In this document: positions 53,046 through 63,437 of the stretch, in pieces
Layout of the letters: every line of letters begins with the position of its first letter
How positions within the stretch are numbered: the first letter of the stretch is position 1
Origin: an uncultured Eubacteriales bacterium
Lineage (GTDB): Bacteria > Bacillota > Clostridia > Oscillospirales > Acutalibacteraceae
DNA: 64,000 nt
Reading direction: 5' to 3'
Assembly (NCBI GenBank): GCA_964613045.1
Contig: CAZTFS010000002.1
Span: 11,108 to 75,107 of the forward strand
Position numbers and translations under genes: made by a program
The notes under the pieces: generated by a model
Databases searched by the model: none
What the model was told of the DNA's origin: nothing
Seen by the model: the letters and a program-made list of their open reading frames with translations, nothing else

Positions 53046-55658
53046 TTATTCGGGTTCTACGGTAACTACTGTATCTTCTGTTTTAACGGGTTCGTCGTTC
53101 TTGCAGGGTAGTTTTACTATCGCCTTGAACAGATCTCCGTCTATTATGAGCTTTAACTCACCGTCTTGTATCGTACAAAGATCTTTTGCAATTGAAAGTC
53201 CCAGTCCGTTGCCTTCTTTTGATCTTGATTTGTCACCACGGACAAATCTTTCTGTAAGCTCCTCAGGTGAAATATTCAGCGGTTCGGCAGAGATATTTTT
53301 AATTTCAAAATAACCGCTTATTCCGTCGCTGTAAACAGAAACATAGATTCTTGTATACGGTGCCGAATACTTCTTTGCGTTATTCAGCAGATTTGAGATT
53401 ATGCGATATGTTTTTGAACCGTCTGCATAAACCTTCGGCGGATATTCGGGCTCGTCAAATTTTATCTCATTTCCGTTTTTCTCAGCTTCGGGGGCAAATT
53501 CAACTATCGCCTGAACAGCAAGTTCTGAGAGATTGAGTACTGATTTATTGAGAGTAACATTGCCCGTTGATACCTTTGATGCTTCAATAAGGTCCTCAAT
53601 GAGGCGTTTCAGCTTGATGGACTGCTTATGAATAACATCTGTGTACTTGATTGCATTCTCATCTGTGATATTGCATTTGCTCAGAAGATCAGAGTAAGTT
53701 ATAAGAGATGTCAGGGGAGTTTTTAAGTCATGCGAAACATTTGTTATAAGCTCCGTCTTCATCTGCTCTTCTTTTATAGCCTGAGCAATCGCTTCCTCAA
53801 GCTGTTGATTTGAGTTGGAAAGATTCTCAGAAAGAAGTCTTAACTCTTCAGGCACTTTTTCATTGCCGAAAACGACGTTTTTGTTCTCACATGAGGCCGT
53901 GATTATATCGTCAAACATTCTTATGTATTTCATGAAGAAAATAGCAACAAGTGCGTTGAACGTAATGAATACACCTATGCATATCAAACATAAGAGACCT
54001 TCATAGATTGCAAATGCGGCAATTGATGCAAATATCAGAATGATCAGATTTACAACTACATATCCGATAATGAGCATTATTGTCTGTTTTTGCATTTTCT
54101 GCGGTTTATATGAAAACACTTTTTTGATTTTTATGTTCAGTTTTCTTGATCCCTTGCCGATCCATTTAAGTAGTTTTGCAATTAAGGTGCTTTTAAAGAA
54201 TGATTGACCGCTTTTCTTGATTCTTAACGTTGATGCCAGCCATTCGCTCAGCAGTAACCAACAGATAGTCACTAAAGCCGCTGTAATTGCGTTGATATAT
54301 TGGTAGTATATATATGCATTGTAGTAGTTCCATACCGTAACGTCGAGTATTCCGAATAAAAGACCGGCTGCAAGTACGAGGAGACCACAGGTAAGCAAGA
54401 AGTGAATATCTGTGGGTAATTTATCAATAAATGCTGTTTTTATATCCCCGAAGTCATTTGTATGTCCGCATAATAAGAGAAAAGCAATAAGGAAAACAAT
54501 AGCGAGAATTACGGTAATTACACATACAGTAATAAGTGTCGATGCCTCATATTGACTGTATGTTACGTACGCACTATACATATCACTGTATACATCGCTT
54601 TCAATTGTTGCTGACAGACCGTATTCAAGGAAAATATATAACTCTTTGCTTGTGCATGATTTGAGCCAATCTTCTACAGCTTCTGCTCTGTCTTCATTTT
54701 CAATGCCCTTAAATTCGATATTTTCCGTGTTAACAATTGCATAAACATTATAGCTTTTTACATCATCTGCATCAGGTTTTTCTTTAAGATTGGTATATAC
54801 TGTTCCTTCCTTGCTGACTGTGTAATAATGCAGAGTGTTAAGCTCCTGAAGATAATATTCATAGTCGTAAAAATAGTTGCTATAGCTTGATATGTACTCC
54901 TTTGCCCACTCGTTATATTGAGTATAGAATTCTTTCTTTATCTGAGTTTCCGAGAAGAGCATATTGTCTACATGAAAAGTGCATGTTGTAGTTGAGTAGT
55001 TATTATTTGCATCGGAAAAAGTAACTTCGCATGAAAAACTATACTCAGTGTCAAAGGCATCGTCTCTGACCAAGGCTTCATAATTAAGAAAATCTCTTCC
55101 CGATGAAGATTCGAGTATTTTTTGTGCAGCTTCAATATTTCTTGGTAAAACTTCCTCAGCTTCGGGTGTGACCTCATTATCATATCCTGTCACATATTCC
55201 CATGTTGCTGTTGTTGATACACTCGATGAGGTTGTTGTTTCGGGTATTGAGACCAGATCGGCTGAATATTCATAATTGAAATATGAATCATCATAATTGT
55301 TGACGGCATATTCAAGCTCTGACTGAATAATGTAGGATTTCTGGTCAAGGTAGCTGTTCATGGCTTCTGCAACCTTTTCTTCAGCCTGAGCCGATAGCTG
55401 TTCATCAAGTGAAGCTGTATCTACAGAGCCCAATTGACAGATTGTATGAATATCATTAGAAATGTGATAGTTGAAATCGTCGCATGAATAAAATGAAATC
55501 TGATTACCGCTCAGGTATTTTTCAAAACCGAAAAGCATACCTGAATGAAGAAAAGTAAATGCACTGCTTACAGCTGTAAAGAAACAGATTGCCGATAATG
55601 CAAGACACAAAAGTTTCGCAAATAATGTGTATTTAAATTTTTTCGACCTTGTATCCAA
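53046..55658 (-). CDS. Sensor histidine kinase with a large (about 330 aa) extracytoplasmic domain and a multi-TM block
   Basis: HisKA H-box NVSHDLKTPLTSL and HATPase N/G boxes (LLNNAKKYS, GNGLGLSI). TTG start at 55658 with AAAGGTGG RBS. Overlaps the response regulator gene by 26 nt. Confidence 0.88.
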   Translation of the reverse strand: MDTRSKKFKYTLFAKLLCLALSAICFFTAVSSAFTFLHSGMLFGFEKYLSGNQISFYSCDDFNYHISNDIHTICQLGSVDTASLDEQLSAQAEEKVAEAMNSYLDQKSYIIQSELEYAVNNYDDSYFNYEYSADLVSIPETTTSSSVSTTATWEYVTGYDNEVTPEAEEVLPRNIEAAQKILESSSGRDFLNYEALVRDDAFDTEYSFSCEVTFSDANNNYSTTTCTFHVDNMLFSETQIKKEFYTQYNEWAKEYISSYSNYFYDYEYYLQELNTLHYYTVSKEGTVYTNLKEKPDADDVKSYNVYAIVNTENIEFKGIENEDRAEAVEDWLKSCTSKELYIFLEYGLSATIESDVYSDMYSAYVTYSQYEASTLITVCVITVILAIVFLIAFLLLCGHTNDFGDIKTAFIDKLPTDIHFLLTCGLLVLAAGLLFGILDVTVWNYYNAYIYYQYINAITAALVTICWLLLSEWLASTLRIKKSGQSFFKSTLIAKLLKWIGKGSRKLNIKIKKVFSYKPQKMQKQTIMLIIGYVVVNLIILIFASIAAFAIYEGLLCLICIGVFITFNALVAIFFMKYIRMFDDIITASCENKNVVFGNEKVPEELRLLSENLSNSNQQLEEAIAQAIKEEQMKTELITNVSHDLKTPLTSLITYSDLLSKCNITDENAIKYTDVIHKQSIKLKRLIEDLIEASKVSTGNVTLNKSVLNLSELAVQAIVEFAPEAEKNGNEIKFDEPEYPPKVYADGSKTYRIISNLLNNAKKYSAPYTRIYVSVYSDGISGYFEIKNISAEPLNISPEELTERFVRGDKSRSKEGNGLGLSIAKDLCTIQDGELKLIIDGDLFKAIVKLPCKNDEPVKTEDTVVTVEPE

Positions 55659-56322
55659 GTCCCCACACCACCTTTAAGTATTTCGGATCTTTCGGGTTGA
55701 TCTCGATTTTCTCTCTTATGTTTCTTATATGTACGGTGACTGTTTTTTCTGTATGGAAAGCCGGCTCATTCCATACAGCTTCGTAAATCTGAGTGCTCGA
55801 TAAAACTCTTCCCATGTTCTGCATAAGGTACTCAAGTATACTGTATTCTCTTGCGGTAAGCTTGACAGCTTCGCCGTCAACAAGTACTTCCTTGCTGTCT
55901 GAATTGAGAGTAAGACCGCCTGTGATAAGTGTGTTTTCACTTTTCTGCATACTTCCGAGAGTGCTGTAACGCCTTATCTGCGATTTGACACGTGCCACAA
56001 GCTCCAGCGGATTGAACGGCTTTGTTACATAATCATCAGCACCGAAGCCTAAGCCCGTGATCTTGTCGGTGTCTTCGCTTTTAGCTGAAAGGAGTATAAT
56101 GGGAAAATTGTATTTTTCTCTTATACGGATAGTTGCTTTAAGACCGTCCATTTTCGGCATCATGATATCGAGAACCATGCAGTGAATCTCGATATTTTTA
56201 ACTTTTTCCAGTGCGTCAACTCCGTCAACAGCAGTAATGACATTGTAGCCTTCTGATTTTAAATAAATTTCGATTGATTCAAGGATTGCGTTGTCATCGT
56301 CACATACCAGTACGTTATACAT
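55633..56322 (-). CDS. OmpR-family response regulator
   Basis: Receiver domain VLVCDDD...DIMMPKMDG; winged-helix C-terminus LTAREYSILEYL...VWGLGYK. Confidence 0.92.
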   Translation of the reverse strand: MYNVLVCDDDNAILESIEIYLKSEGYNVITAVDGVDALEKVKNIEIHCMVLDIMMPKMDGLKATIRIREKYNFPIILLSAKSEDTDKITGLGFGADDYVTKPFNPLELVARVKSQIRRYSTLGSMQKSENTLITGGLTLNSDSKEVLVDGEAVKLTAREYSILEYLMQNMGRVLSSTQIYEAVWNEPAFHTEKTVTVHIRNIREKIEINPKDPKYLKVVWGLGYKVEKI

Positions 56323-56410
56323 ATCTTTTACTCCCTTTTACGAATAACAGTCCCACTGTTATTAAATCATATACGAATCAAGAAAAAGACAATCAAAAGT
56401 AAAGAATTAG

Positions 56411-57115
56411 TTAAGACTTTTTCTCTTTATTCTTTAAATATCTTGTATATACTGCCGTGCTGCCGATTCCGAGTATACCTGTAGCAACAAAAATGATAAT
56501 TGAATACAGAAAATTGCTGTTGCCTATTTCCGCACCGCACCATGTAGATGTTATAATTGACGGGATTCTCGCAACAGTAGTTAAAAAGATGAATTTCGGC
56601 GTTGAAACAGGAAGCATAAACTGAAAATAAGTCAATAGATCTTTTGGTGTGCCGGGTATAAGATAAAGCAGAAACAAAGATGTGTTAACATTAATTTTGT
56701 TTATGTACTTCTTAGCTGTCAGAATCTGTTTTTCTGTGAGGATTGCGTTAATAAACCGAGCACCGATATATTTTGTCAGAAGAATGATAATGATTGAGCC
56801 TATCTCAGTTCCCAAAAGGCACAGCAAACAGCCGCCGAATGTTCCGAAAACGTAGCCTGATGCAATTTCAAGCGGTTCTGACGGAATGAACTTAACAATT
56901 GTCTGCAATGCCCTTATAAGAACGAATATGACTTTGCCCCATACTCCGAAGCCGTTCAGCCATTCTTTAAGATTCTCTTTATTTAAAATTACGGAATATA
57001 GCTCTGTCCCGTAATTTATGTAAAACAGAATTAATGCTGAAATAAAGCCCGATAATAATATGATTGGGAATAAAAGCTTGTTGTCTTTAACGAACCGTAA
57101 AATTTTCTTTATCAT
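56411..57115 (-). CDS. TVP38/TMEM64 (DedA-related, VTT-domain) membrane protein
   Basis: FIPSEPLEIASGYVFG motif with 5-6 TM segments. GAGG RBS. Overlaps the GT8 gene by 29 nt. Confidence 0.7.
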   Translation of the reverse strand: MIKKILRFVKDNKLLFPIILLSGFISALILFYINYGTELYSVILNKENLKEWLNGFGVWGKVIFVLIRALQTIVKFIPSEPLEIASGYVFGTFGGCLLCLLGTEIGSIIIILLTKYIGARFINAILTEKQILTAKKYINKINVNTSLFLLYLIPGTPKDLLTYFQFMLPVSTPKFIFLTTVARIPSIITSTWCGAEIGNSNFLYSIIIFVATGILGIGSTAVYTRYLKNKEKKS

Positions 57116-57884
57116 CTCTCAGTTCCTCATAAAAGACCTTCAGTGGATTCTGACAGCCTTCATGCCATGGCTTGTCCTTGCCGTCGTAATGTATCAGCAC
57201 TGTGTTCTTTCTGACCCAATCAATATTAAGTTTTTTTCGTTTATATGTCTTTAAATCAAGATTGATTATATTTGAATCGCACAGCTTGATTCTGTTATAG
57301 AATAATGCATTTATAATATCCTGGTCGCCGAATTCCAATTTCAGTTTTGTGTTTTTAATAAAATCAAAAATTTCTTTACCCGTGTATTTTTCTCTCAGAA
57401 ATTCAAGATTGATAAGCATAACGCCTGAATTTACAAAGGGGTAGGCGGCAGGAAGCCTCAAACGCATTGAATTGAACCAATGCATAAATGAATTAACGTG
57501 TGTTGATGCTGATAAATAATATCTGTCAATGTCACAGTAATAAAATTTGCTTATGTCATTGATAACCACCGTGTCGGGATCGAGATAAAGCACCCTTTTT
57601 ATATCTTTAGGCAGATAGTCCATACATAAAAGTCTGTAATATGCTTCTTTTGTAATGTGTTTAAGAAGCGGCAGGCCGTCAAACAGCTCGTCTGTGATCC
57701 TGATGAAATGCAAATGGTGATTCGTGTCTGAAATGCATTCGCTGATTTTTAGTTTATCGTCCTCATTAAGACGGCTGTAGGCTATGTAATAGCAGTTCTG
57801 TTCATAAGAGTTCTTGTTTATTGAATGTATCAATACGCAAAGAGGCTCTAAATATGATTCATTCAATGTAAATAAGAAATTCAT
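57087..57884 (-). CDS. Glycosyltransferase family 8
   Basis: FTLNESYLEPLCVLIHSI, YYRLLCMDYLP, LYLDPDTVV (DxD), NSGVMLINL. Confidence 0.72.
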   Translation of the reverse strand: MNFLFTLNESYLEPLCVLIHSINKNSYEQNCYYIAYSRLNEDDKLKISECISDTNHHLHFIRITDELFDGLPLLKHITKEAYYRLLCMDYLPKDIKRVLYLDPDTVVINDISKFYYCDIDRYYLSASTHVNSFMHWFNSMRLRLPAAYPFVNSGVMLINLEFLREKYTGKEIFDFIKNTKLKLEFGDQDIINALFYNRIKLCDSNIINLDLKTYKRKKLNIDWVRKNTVLIHYDGKDKPWHEGCQNPLKVFYEELRDDKENFTVR

Positions 57885-57981
57885 AATCTATCCACATTCC
57901 TTTCTGTGGGTAGATTGTACTGTTTTTATGTTAAATTAAGGCGTTGTGAAATCAAAGAATAAGTAAAGATTTTGCAACAAA

Positions 57982-59268
57982 TCAGACAAGCTCACCTATG
58001 CAGTGTTCATCCGAACAGCTTGTTATTTTTACATTTATTATCTGACCCGTAAGTTCTTTATCGCTTTTTACCAAAACAGGTGTGTAATTTTTTGTATATC
58101 CGCATTGCATACCGTTCTTCGGAGCCTCAAACAGTACAGAAAAAATCTTTCCCTCGGACTCGGCAAATGCAGTTTTTCTTATGTCTTCACAGACGGCAGA
58201 CAGTTTTGCTGCTCTTTCGCTTTTTACGGCGTTATTAAGCTGTCCGTCCATTTTTGCAGCTCTTGTACCTTCTCTGATCGAATAGGGGAAAACATGAACC
58301 TTTTCAAATTTGATCTTTTTTGCAAATTTAACGGTTTCTTCAAATTCCTCCTGTGTTTCCCCGGGGAAACCTGTTATGATGTCTGTTGTTACGGAAGCAT
58401 CATTGAATGTGCTTCTGAGCTTGTTTACAAGTGCCGTGTATTCATCTGTATTGTAATGTCTGTTCATGCGTTTAAGCACCGCATCACATCCGCTTTGCAG
58501 TGAGATATGGAACTGAGGACAGAATTTTGAGCAGGCGGAAAATGATTCTATCATTTCATCGCTGATATGGTCAGGTTCAAGCGAGCCTAAACGTATTCTT
58601 TCGATTCCGTCTGTATTCTGTGCCGAATTTACAGCATCTGTCAGTGACAGACCTATATCTCTGCCGTATGCAGAAAGATTTATTCCCACAAAAACAACTT
58701 CTTTAAAACCGTTGTCAGCGAGAGACTTTAATTCGGTTTTTATATCTTCAATTGATTTTGATCTTGATCTTCCTCTGGCGTACGGTATTGCACAATATGA
58801 ACAGAAACGGTTACAACCGTCCTGTATCTTCATGAATGCTCTGGTGTGTCCCGAAAATTCGGTTATTATAATGCCCTCATATTTTTCATCATTTTTGTGC
58901 TGAGTAATGTTTCTTATGTACTGATGTTCTTTGAACCACTTATTCAATGATGAAATAAGCTGACTGTTATTTTTATTTCCGAGAATAATATCAGCTTCAT
59001 TTACAGCAAGTGCCTCTTCGGGAAAAGCCTGGGGAACACAGCCTGTCATAACGACAACTGCGTTCGGGTGAGACGATTTAAATTTTCTTACTGCCTGTCT
59101 TGTTTTTCGGTTGCTTTCCGCCGTAACGGTGCATGAATTTACTATGTAAACATCGGCGTCTTCTTTCGTATCCACAACAAGGTAGCCGTTCTTTGTCAGC
59201 ATTTCAGTCATTTCCTGAGATTCATACTGATTGACCTTGCATCCTAAGGTGTAAATTGCTGCTTTCAT
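57982..59268 (-). CDS. mtaB: tRNA methylthiotransferase MtaB (radical SAM)
   Basis: MKAAIYTLGCKVNQYESQ, radical-SAM CNRFCSYC, TRAM-like C-terminus. Confidence 0.78.
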   Translation of the reverse strand: MKAAIYTLGCKVNQYESQEMTEMLTKNGYLVVDTKEDADVYIVNSCTVTAESNRKTRQAVRKFKSSHPNAVVVMTGCVPQAFPEEALAVNEADIILGNKNNSQLISSLNKWFKEHQYIRNITQHKNDEKYEGIIITEFSGHTRAFMKIQDGCNRFCSYCAIPYARGRSRSKSIEDIKTELKSLADNGFKEVVFVGINLSAYGRDIGLSLTDAVNSAQNTDGIERIRLGSLEPDHISDEMIESFSACSKFCPQFHISLQSGCDAVLKRMNRHYNTDEYTALVNKLRSTFNDASVTTDIITGFPGETQEEFEETVKFAKKIKFEKVHVFPYSIREGTRAAKMDGQLNNAVKSERAAKLSAVCEDIRKTAFAESEGKIFSVLFEAPKNGMQCGYTKNYTPVLVKSDKELTGQIINVKITSCSDEHCIGELV

Positions 59269-59391
59269 TTAGTATCACATCCTAACATAATATTATATTA
59301 GTCAATTGTTAAAAAAGCAAGTATATTATAGCATGTCAGAACATAAATTTAAATGAGAACAAGCATTCAAATTTTTGGAAGGTGTGTTATA

Positions 59392-60618
59392 ATGAAGAAG
59401 TATATAACTGTAATAGCAACAGTATGCCTGAGTATGGTGATGAGTATATGTGTATTTGCTGTTCCTTTTTCCGTCGATGACGAACTGGAATATTCCGAAA
59501 ACAGTAAAATTCCTGCAGAAACTGTCGATGCCGCTGCAGCTGTTGATGCACAGCTGATGACCTATGCAAAAGCTGTAGTTCTGATGGAAAAGTCAACAGG
59601 CAAGATTCTTTATGCTGAGAATGAAAATGAAAAACTCTATCCTGCATCTGTTACCAAAATAATGTCCATTCTTCTTGTTTGTGAAGCTGTAGATTCGGGC
59701 AGAATAAAGCTGTCGGATGAGGTTTCGTGCTCCTCTAACGCAGCATCAAAGGGCGGTTCTCAGATCTGGCTTGAACCGGGCGAAGTGATGAGCGTCGAAG
59801 AACTGCTGAAGGCTACTTGCGTTTACAGTGCAAATGATGCTTGTACACTTCTCGGAGAATATGTAAGCGGCAGTGAACAGGCCTTTACGGATGATATGAA
59901 TAAAAAAGCACAGCAGTTAGGTATGACAAATACCCGTTTTGATAATTGTACGGGGCTTGATGATACCACAGATACACATCTTACAACAGCATACGATATA
60001 GCTCTGATGTCCAGAGAGCTGCTCAGCCATGATTTTATAAAACAGTATACAACTATATGGATGGATTCGCTTCGTGACGGCGAAACTCAGCTTGTAAACA
60101 CCAACAGACTCGTTCGGTTTTATGAAGGTATAACAGGTCTTAAAACAGGAACTACTGAAAAAGCAGGGTGCTGTGTATCTGCTTCAGCCGAAAGAAACGG
60201 TATGGAGCTTATTGCTGTTGTTATGGGTAGTGACAACAGCACAGACAGGTTTACTTCTGCACAAAATCTTCTTGATTGGGGATTTGCCAATTATGAAATT
60301 ACAATTCCCGATTTCGACGAAAGCAGCGTTGCACCGATTAATGTCATTCACGGTAAAAAAGATACGGTTGATCTTTTAATTCCTGATATTGCGGCTGTAC
60401 TTACAAATAAGGGAAAGGGAAGTGAGCTTAAAGCTGAAGTTGAGCTTCAGGAAAGTATAACAGCTCCTTTTGAAAAGGATACTGTTGTAGGGAAAATTAA
60501 AATTTGTATCGGTGATGAGGTCGTTTCTGAGTATGAAATAAAAACTTCTGAAGGTGTTGAAGAGATGAATTTTTTTACTGCTTTATATAAACTTTTAACG
60601 TGTTTTTCCGAAAAATGA
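59392..60618 (+). CDS. Serine-type D-Ala-D-Ala carboxypeptidase (PBP5/DacF-like)
   Basis: Signal peptide, SVTK (SxxK), SAND (SxN), KTGTT (KTG). Confidence 0.88.
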   Translation: MKKYITVIATVCLSMVMSICVFAVPFSVDDELEYSENSKIPAETVDAAAAVDAQLMTYAKAVVLMEKSTGKILYAENENEKLYPASVTKIMSILLVCEAVDSGRIKLSDEVSCSSNAASKGGSQIWLEPGEVMSVEELLKATCVYSANDACTLLGEYVSGSEQAFTDDMNKKAQQLGMTNTRFDNCTGLDDTTDTHLTTAYDIALMSRELLSHDFIKQYTTIWMDSLRDGETQLVNTNRLVRFYEGITGLKTGTTEKAGCCVSASAERNGMELIAVVMGSDNSTDRFTSAQNLLDWGFANYEITIPDFDESSVAPINVIHGKKDTVDLLIPDIAAVLTNKGKGSELKAEVELQESITAPFEKDTVVGKIKICIGDEVVSEYEIKTSEGVEEMNFFTALYKLLTCFSEK

Positions 60619-60661
60619 AATAAATTCATAAAATTTTTGCACACTAATGTCAAAAAATCTA

Positions 60662-60690
60662 TTGAAAAATCTTTTAATACATAGTATAAT
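60662..60690 (+). promoter_or_regulatory. Consensus SigA-type promoter for pgi
   Basis: TTGAAA (60662-60667), 17-nt spacer, TATAAT (60685-60690). Confidence 0.55.
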
Positions 60691-60720
60691 ATACAAAATA
60701 TTTGTTTGGTGAGGCGTACT

Positions 60721-62067
60721 ATGGCGATTAATCTTAATTGTAAGTATCTGTCCTCTTTTGTAAGTGATGATGAAATTATTGCTGTAAAAGATGAATTAAC
60801 TGATGCTTACGAAAAACTTTATTCCAAAAAAACTGAAGCTGCCGGAAATGGCTTTCACGGCTGGCTGAATCTTCCCGAAAACTATGATAAGGAAGAATTT
60901 GCCCGAATAAAAGCAGCCGCAGCTAAGATAAAGAGCGATTCCGACGTTCTCGTTGTTATCGGCATCGGCGGCTCTTATCTGGGTGCAAGAGCAGCTATTG
61001 AATTCTGCAGATCTAAGAATTATAATGTAGTTGTTAAAGATGCACCTAAAATTTTCTTTGTTGGTAATTCTTTAAGTCCTACTGAGATCTCAGAAGTACT
61101 TGAGATCTGCAAAGCATGTGATTTCTCTGTTAATGTAATTTCAAAGTCGGGTACAACGACCGAACCTGCTGTTGCATTCAGACTTTTTAAGGCACTTCTG
61201 ACAGAGAAGTACGGCAAGGAAGAAGCGGCAAAGAGAATCTATGCAACCACGGATAAGTCAAGGGGTACTCTTAAAGAGATGGCTGATTCCGAAGGTTATG
61301 AGACTTTTGTTGTCCCTGATGATGTCGGCGGCAGATTTTCAGTTCTTACAGCTGTTGGGCTTCTTCCCGTCGCTGCAGCAGGAATTGATATTGATGCACT
61401 TATGAACGGTGCGTATGATGCAATGAAAGCTTATGAAAACGGCGACGTGCTTTCTAATGATTGCTGTAAATATGCAGCTATCAGAAACATTCTTTTAAGA
61501 AAAGGAAAGAATGTTGAAATGATGGTCAGCTATGAACCTGATTTTACAATGATGAATGAATGGTTTAAGCAGCTTTTCGGTGAAAGTGAAGGAAAAGAAA
61601 ATAAGGGTATCTTTCCTTCCAGTGCTGTTTATTCGACCGATCTTCATTCACTCGGTCAGTATGTTCAGGAAGGTCAGCGTCACTTGTTTGAAACAGTCGT
61701 TGTTTTTGAACAGCCCAAATGCGATATTGTGATTGAGGAGGATGAAAACAACAGCGACGGACTCAATTTTATTGCAGGAAAAACATTGTCTTATGTTAAC
61801 TCCAAGGCTTTTGAGGGTACAGTTCTCGCTCATACAGACGGCGATGTTCCCAATATCGTTCTTGAAGTTGAAAAAATGGATGAATATAATTTAGGTTATC
61901 TCATTTATTTCTTTGAAAAGGCTTGTGCCGTATCGGGTTATATGCTTGGCGTAAACCCCTTTAATCAGCCCGGTGTCGAAAGCTATAAGAAGAACATGTT
62001 TGCTCTTCTCGGTAAGCCCGGCTATGAAGATATGGCTGAGGAACTTTCAAAGAGATTGAATGGTTGA
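60721..62067 (+). CDS. pgi: Glucose-6-phosphate isomerase
   Basis: [49 protein letters not shown]. Confidence 0.93.
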   Translation: MAINLNCKYLSSFVSDDEIIAVKDELTDAYEKLYSKKTEAAGNGFHGWLNLPENYDKEEFARIKAAAAKIKSDSDVLVVIGIGGSYLGARAAIEFCRSKNYNVVVKDAPKIFFVGNSLSPTEISEVLEICKACDFSVNVISKSGTTTEPAVAFRLFKALLTEKYGKEEAAKRIYATTDKSRGTLKEMADSEGYETFVVPDDVGGRFSVLTAVGLLPVAAAGIDIDALMNGAYDAMKAYENGDVLSNDCCKYAAIRNILLRKGKNVEMMVSYEPDFTMMNEWFKQLFGESEGKENKGIFPSSAVYSTDLHSLGQYVQEGQRHLFETVVVFEQPKCDIVIEEDENNSDGLNFIAGKTLSYVNSKAFEGTVLAHTDGDVPNIVLEVEKMDEYNLGYLIYFFEKACAVSGYMLGVNPFNQPGVESYKKNMFALLGKPGYEDMAEELSKRLNG

Positions 62068-62097
62068 CCCTCATTATAAAGTAAAGGAGAAATACAA

Positions 62098-62514
62098 ATG
62101 ATTACATTACTTACCGGAACAAAAGGCAGCGGCAAAACAAAGAAGCTTATCGCTCTTATTGATGAGGCTCTTCAGGCTTCTCAGGGCCATGTTATCTGTG
62201 TTGAGCAGAAGGAAGCTCTCAGATATGATGTTAAGACCAGCGTAAGACTTGTTTCTGCAGACGCTTATAATATTAAGGGTTTTGAAGCTTTTTACGGACT
62301 TCTTTCAGGTCTTTGTGCAGGAGATCATGATATAACTGACATCCTTATCGATGCAACACTTCGTATAGGTTCAAGAGATTATGAGGAGCTTGCAGATTTC
62401 CTTGTAAAGGTAGATGCACTTTCCAAGGAAGCTGATGTTAAATTTACATTTACAGTTTCAACTGAGACTGAGAATATTCCTGAGAGAGCTCTTGCTCTTT
62501 GCGAACTTAAGTAA
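62098..62514 (+). CDS. Small (138 aa) P-loop NTPase-like protein of unknown function
   Basis: Walker A GTKGSGKT at residues 7-14, Walker-B-like DILIDAT. AAAGGAG RBS. Confidence 0.6.
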   Translation: MITLLTGTKGSGKTKKLIALIDEALQASQGHVICVEQKEALRYDVKTSVRLVSADAYNIKGFEAFYGLLSGLCAGDHDITDILIDATLRIGSRDYEELADFLVKVDALSKEADVKFTFTVSTETENIPERALALCELK

Positions 62515-62599
62515 TATTTTTCGGCAGCGTTAGGTTCTGCTGATGGAGATTTTTGATCAGTTTACGGTAAAAAATATTTAAATTATTCCCAAAAAGATA

Positions 62600-62628
62600 T
62601 TGACAAAGTCGTAAATTGAATATATAAT
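62600..62628 (+). promoter_or_regulatory. Perfect-consensus SigA promoter for yceD-rpmF
   Basis: TTGACA (62600-62605), 17-nt spacer, TATAAT (62623-62628). Confidence 0.65.
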
Positions 62629-62660
62629 ATTATCCGTTCGTATTTTGGAGGACTTTGTAA

Positions 62661-63143
62661 ATGAATATTGATCTGCGTCGCTTTTTTGAAAATGACGATA
62701 TCAGGCAGGATTTTGATTATGAATTCTCAGCCGATGATGAATTGATTCCCGAACCTGTAAAGGTCAAGGGATTCATAAAGGGCTCAACTGGTGTCGTTTC
62801 TCTTTCTTCGGCAGCGGAATGTTCCGTTTGTACGCAGTGTGCAAAGTGTGCAAAAGATATCAGCATAAAGCTGGATGTCCCCGTTGAACATCTTCTTATC
62901 TCGCATCTTAATGATGAAGATAATGATGATTATATCCTTGTCGAAAATATGGTTCTTGATCTTGATGAACTTGCGTTGGAGGATATTTATCTTTCTCTTC
63001 CGTCAAGATTTCTTTGTAAAAAGGATTGTAAGGGATTGTGTCCGTTTTGCGGTAAGGATATTAATGAAGGTGAGTGTGGCTGCAAGAAGCCCGTTGATCC
63101 CCGCCTTGCGGCACTTCAGAAGCTTTTGACTGATGATGAATGA
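62661..63143 (+). CDS. yceD: YceD-family (DUF177) protein
   Basis: C-terminal CKKDCKGLCPFCGKDINEGECGC. Conserved position immediately upstream of rpmF. Confidence 0.85.
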   Translation: MNIDLRRFFENDDIRQDFDYEFSADDELIPEPVKVKGFIKGSTGVVSLSSAAECSVCTQCAKCAKDISIKLDVPVEHLLISHLNDEDNDDYILVENMVLDLDELALEDIYLSLPSRFLCKKDCKGLCPFCGKDINEGECGCKKPVDPRLAALQKLLTDDE

Positions 63144-63171
63144 TTGTGTAATTTATTAGGAGGTTTTCAAT

Positions 63172-63354
63172 ATGGCAGTACCTGCAAGAAGAGTTTCTCA
63201 TGCAAGAAGAGATAAAAGACGTTCTAACGTTTGGAAGATGGATGCTCCTTCTCTCCAGAGATGTCCTCAGTGCGGTGAGTTCAAGAGAACACACAGAGTA
63301 TGCGATACCTGCGGTTATTATAACGGCAAACAGGTTATCAGCGTAGAGGAATAA
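63172..63354 (+). CDS. rpmF: 50S ribosomal protein L32
   Basis: MAVPARRVSHARRDKRR...CPQCGEFKRTHRVCDTCGYY. Confidence 0.95.
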   Translation: MAVPARRVSHARRDKRRSNVWKMDAPSLQRCPQCGEFKRTHRVCDTCGYYNGKQVISVEE

Positions 63355-63365
63355 TTCCTTTTTGT

Positions 63366-63397
63366 TTCTGACATTAAAGGCGGAGAATAATTGTTCC
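63366..63397 (+). terminator. Rho-independent terminator after rpmF
   Basis: AAAGGCGG / CCGCCTTT stem, then TT(T). Confidence 0.7.
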
Positions 63398-63437
63398 CCG
63401 CCTTTTTAGTGTTGTTTACTATCGGGAGGAATCATAA

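Noticed and set aside
56343-56363. Hairpin AATAACAGT/ACTGTTATT upstream of the response regulator gene.
   Set aside because: It has no T-run on the minus strand, and I could not define a promoter around it. The evidence is not enough to call a terminator or attenuator.
57886-57915. An 11-bp imperfect hairpin abutting the GT8 start codon, considered as a translational control element or the mtaB terminator.
   Set aside because: It has one mismatch, no T-run, and no second line of evidence.
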